Shown piece by piece: positions 60,501-64,000 of a stretch of DNA of 64,000 nt. Source of the stretch: Phoronis australis. Its lineage: Eukaryota; Animalia; Phoronida. The stretch is taken from the NCBI GenBank assembly GCA_002633005.1, contig NMRA01000042.1:1185019-1249018 (forward strand). Direction: 5' to 3'. The notes under the pieces are model-generated. The model ran no database searches and had not been told where the DNA came from. It worked only from the letters and a program-made list of their open reading frames with translations. Numbering within the stretch: position 1 is the first letter of the stretch; the number at the start of each line of letters is the position of its first letter. The position numbers were made by a program, and so were the translations under genes.

Positions 60501-63500
60501 TGGAGAGACTGTCCATTAAGGATGTTGAGTGCAAATGGAATGTTGTGTTTAAGAAAACATACATATGGTATGTGAAGGATTCCTAATCTAGCACACACAG
60601 GGCAACCTGCCAATCATGAAGAGCAACAGTTCAACCCTATCTCTGCAGAAACAACAATGTTAAGACACCTTAATCCTATGCAAAAAGCCATAGCCATCAT
60701 TTGCCAAAACAGACCTTGAATGTGAAAATGTCATCCACGGGCACCGGTGACTTGGAGATACTACTGAGGCAAGGTCGTTTTGGTGACTCCTGTGGAGGTG
60801 AAGCATGTTTCCGCTTACGACTGTCTCTCGGTTCTTCTACACTTTCAAACGACTCGGACAGGAAGTCAACAACGCTTTCTGGCGCAGTATCCAAGACATC
60901 CTGAAAAAATAATTAAATGTGTTTGAAATAACATGAAACAATGAGGACAAAAAAACAGGATATAATATGCTTAGGTAAAAGGTTCTAGAGACCATCAAAG
61001 TTTAATCGAAATTCTGACATGAATATTGACAAATTGTTGTGCATTCTTTTAATAAATTTTTAGTTTCTCAAATTAGATTTGATTAGGAATTTTTTTACTC
61101 AGACAAGTTTTGAATAAACTTAGGTGGTCTAGGGTCCTGAAATACAAACTGGTTGACAGTGTATATTTAATAATATTGTCTCTTAAAAATTTTTAAACAA
61201 ACTTATCTAAAAACTGCAATGAATACACAGAAATGTTGAACTTTCAACATTTGACTCTGGTCATCAAATACAGATCGGATCTTAGTAGGAGTCATTTATA
61301 ATGAATGTTACTTTCAGCTGAAAGTTCTCAGTTTGTTGAGCCATAAAAATGACATTTGCAAGAACTGACATCAAACTGTCTCTCAAGCTGGCAAACATCG
61401 ACAATACAACCAGCACATGCTGTAATAGGCAATAAATCCCCAATGTGCTTACAGTATCCTCCACTTCCTCTGGTACAATGGAAGGATTCACCTTTGTCTT
61501 GCACTCTTTCAAGTTGACCACCATTACAGACTGAAACAAACATGGCCAAACACTTAAAATGCATCAGGGCATAAGGCAAACAAACCCAAATCGCATAAAC
61601 TGAACAACAACATTATGCAAATTCTGAATGTTTAATTGACAAAGTAAACAACGCAATTGGTTAAATTTTTAGTATGACGTAACTAAGTTAAGTTAGCAAC
61701 AGTGATGTTGGGTAATCCAACACCACAGAACAATTTTTACGCATTTCCAGCTTTCAGCAACAGTCCAAATGGTCCAATGGATAATGTTTTATGAGGCCAA
61801 GCCCAGGAATATGAGGAAATAAACACACAGACCATTGTACTCTCTATGGCCCTTACAGACTGAAACCCAGTTCCAGCAAAACTCACAAAAAGACATTTCC
61901 TTTAATTCTAAAAACACAAGAACACTCAAAGATGGAACGAAATGTATTTTTTGCCCTTAACAACAAAAGCAACAAGCACGGAATATTCAAGGCAAAAGCA
62001 CAATAAGTCCTGTAGCTTTAAGTGAGATTTCTACAGCATTACGACCGTAAGTATCATTCAAATGCATCTACCACCCTACACACCTCTGGTATTGCTACAC
62101 AAGATGGCCGTGTTCGTCCATACAGGATGTAGTAAAGGTCAGCCAGATCACAGCGTACGCGGCAGTCATGTGACGTCTTTGTGCTGAAACAAGAACAGAA
62201 AACATATTGTCACCCTGTAATTAGTGTCAGAAACATCATTCTCTACATTGAATTTATTGTTTATTATAAGTTGAACCACTGCAAGGTCATGTTTCTGAGA
62301 ATGTTACAATCTCTTTATAACTGGATAACAGCAAATTTTCAAAACAAACTTTATTGAGCTAATTGGTCTCTTAAGACAAACAGATCCTGCCTGCCAGATG
62401 GCACATCTAAGCAACTCACTGTTATGTGATTTAGATACAAGTTCATAGATGGTGCTGAATGCTGTGGTCTTTCGTATTATGGATAAACAAGGTGGTTCTT
62501 TGAAGATTCTGGAACAATGCAGACACTTGTTTCATTACCCATCTACATAGCACTGCATATTTTCAAACACTTACTTCATTGTGGTCCACAATCTCTCTGC
62601 CAGGGCCTCTGTATTCAGTATGCTCTCCTTGGCATTGGCTTTGAGAAATGGTGGGTTGCTGATGAGAGTTTTGTAGATAAAATGGCTGATGTAGGGGTCA
62701 GAGTCGTCCTCCGCAAGGTCAAGCAGCCAATTAAGGTCGTCTCTCTGGCAACCGGTGTTGGCTAGCAGAATAACACAGGAATGCATATGACGCTTAATGA
62801 CTACACAGTCACTCAAAGAGGAGACCTGGGTTAGTGATGCACTTAATATCATGGTGAACATGCATGTTCATCATGTTCTGCCATGTTCAGTGTTACAACA
62901 TCTAGTGTCATGACTTTCAGGAAAGAAATGAACGTGAACTTTAGTCACATGTAGATGGCAAACTAATAAAATTTAGTTCAGTAACTTTCTGTGAACATTA
63001 ATCTACTATGATGGTGATGGAGACATGACAGTTTTGTTAAATAAATTCATTAACATCAGACATGGAAATTTTAAATTGATTATTAAAAAATCATGGGTGA
63101 CACTCTACTCTGACGTCTTTGACAGGTAGGCACCAACAACCTGGAAGGGTGCTTAAGGAGGTGGGACAGAATAACTGAGCGCAGTGCATAGAATGCATCC
63201 ATTTTTTATCAATGTTAAAAAAATACAAGAGGGTCCTAAACACATCCACACCACATTCACTCGAAAATGAAAATTAAATCCCAGGAGTGCAATCCTTGTA
63301 GTCTGTCAGACAACAAAGGATTCAACTTGGGCCATGTAAGTGGGAGTCCACCACTTGACAAAGGAATATGCAGAAACAAAACAAATTCACAGGTCATGTT
63401 ATAAAATCTTCATTCATGACACTATCCGACTCATTCGCTAGTGGTGTGCACATGGCTATCAACTGATTTACTAAACACTAAGATTTAACATAAACACAAT

Positions 63501-64000
63501 AGTCAATGTGACAGATATGCAAATTTGAATACTTGTAAATGAATAGTTAATAGAATTTCAAAGTCTTTTTATTTTTACGTTCTTAATAAAACTGCACCTT
63601 TAATCTGATCAACAAGAATTTCCAACGCTGCCTGTCGGACATCAATAAACACTCCACGCTGAGCGTAGCTCTTGAAGATGGCTGAGTCAACAGGGAGGTG
63701 TCCAAACTGCTGAAGGTTGTGAAGCGCCTTCAGACAACTGGTGAAATGAAATGAAGAAACAGAGGCAGATACAACGAGATCAACGACTGCTAAACATAAC
63801 CATGTATAAACAGAACTTGGTAAATACACTGAAAATAAACTTGCTTTTTGATTTAACAGGTAAAATACACTGAAAATAAACTTGCTTTGATTTATCAGGT
63901 AGAATACATTGAAAGTAAACTTGCTTTGGTTTAACAAGAATCTCCAGTTAGTTACTCACAGGTAGTTGGCACAGATAACTTACCTGACAGTGATCACATT
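57510..64000 (-). CDS. TAF2: Transcription initiation factor TFIID subunit 2, 3' exons; gene continues beyond the window
   Basis: Exons (- strand): 64000-63984 (partial), 63737-63598, 62761-62575, 62183-62084, 61530-61453, 60900-60715, 59985-59893, 59173-59119, 57850-57510, with consistent phases. Peptides: NVITVS/CLKALHNLQQFGHLPVDSAIFKSYA..FIDVRQAALE, WLLDLAEDDSDPY..NPPF, SHDCRVRCDLADLYYILYGRTRPSC, VNLKECKTKVNP, and the C-terminal KKKKKKSKHKKHKHK basic tract typical of TAF2. Confidence 0.92.
58312..58390. repeat. Tandem repeat, 20-bp unit x3.5, within an AAGCTTG-rich repeat region (~58040-58450)
   Basis: (aagcttgaataatattgtct)n, with many dispersed aagcttg/caagct motifs around it. Confidence 0.85.
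63815..63937. repeat. Minisatellite, about 38-40 bp unit x3, in a TAF2 intron
   Basis: aatacactgaaaataaacttgctttt..gatttaacagg repeated three times. Confidence 0.8.

Overview
This is intron-rich, AT-rich animal genomic DNA (an invertebrate bilaterian; the species cannot be determined from the window), not a prokaryotic locus. Most short ORFs in the track are spurious. By following GT-AG junctions and reading frame by hand I reconstructed five spliced genes: the 3' part of an MNK/MKNK kinase (+, to 1697), a complete phosphoglucomutase PGM1 (-, 16782-5356), a complete SLC38A9 lysosomal amino-acid transceptor (+, 17070-31995, head-to-head with PGM1), a complete m6A reader YTHDC1 (+, 37490-54799), and the 3' part of TAF2 (-, window end to 57510). 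Introns and intergenic DNA contain two copies of a PIF/Harbinger-type MITE with intact TTA/TAA target duplications, two TTAA-flanked Kolobok-like elements (one with a decayed THAP-domain gene), a decayed CR1/L2-group LINE, a tRNA-derived SINE, several palindromic MITEs and minisatellites. The most notable signal is YTHDC1 intron 10 (48009-50681). It sits at the position of the mammalian autoregulatory m6A-rich intron and has a sense-strand cluster of GGACT motifs, a weak donor and a 20-nt frameshifting poison microexon. Together these suggest an ancient m6A-sensing feedback loop on the m6A reader itself.
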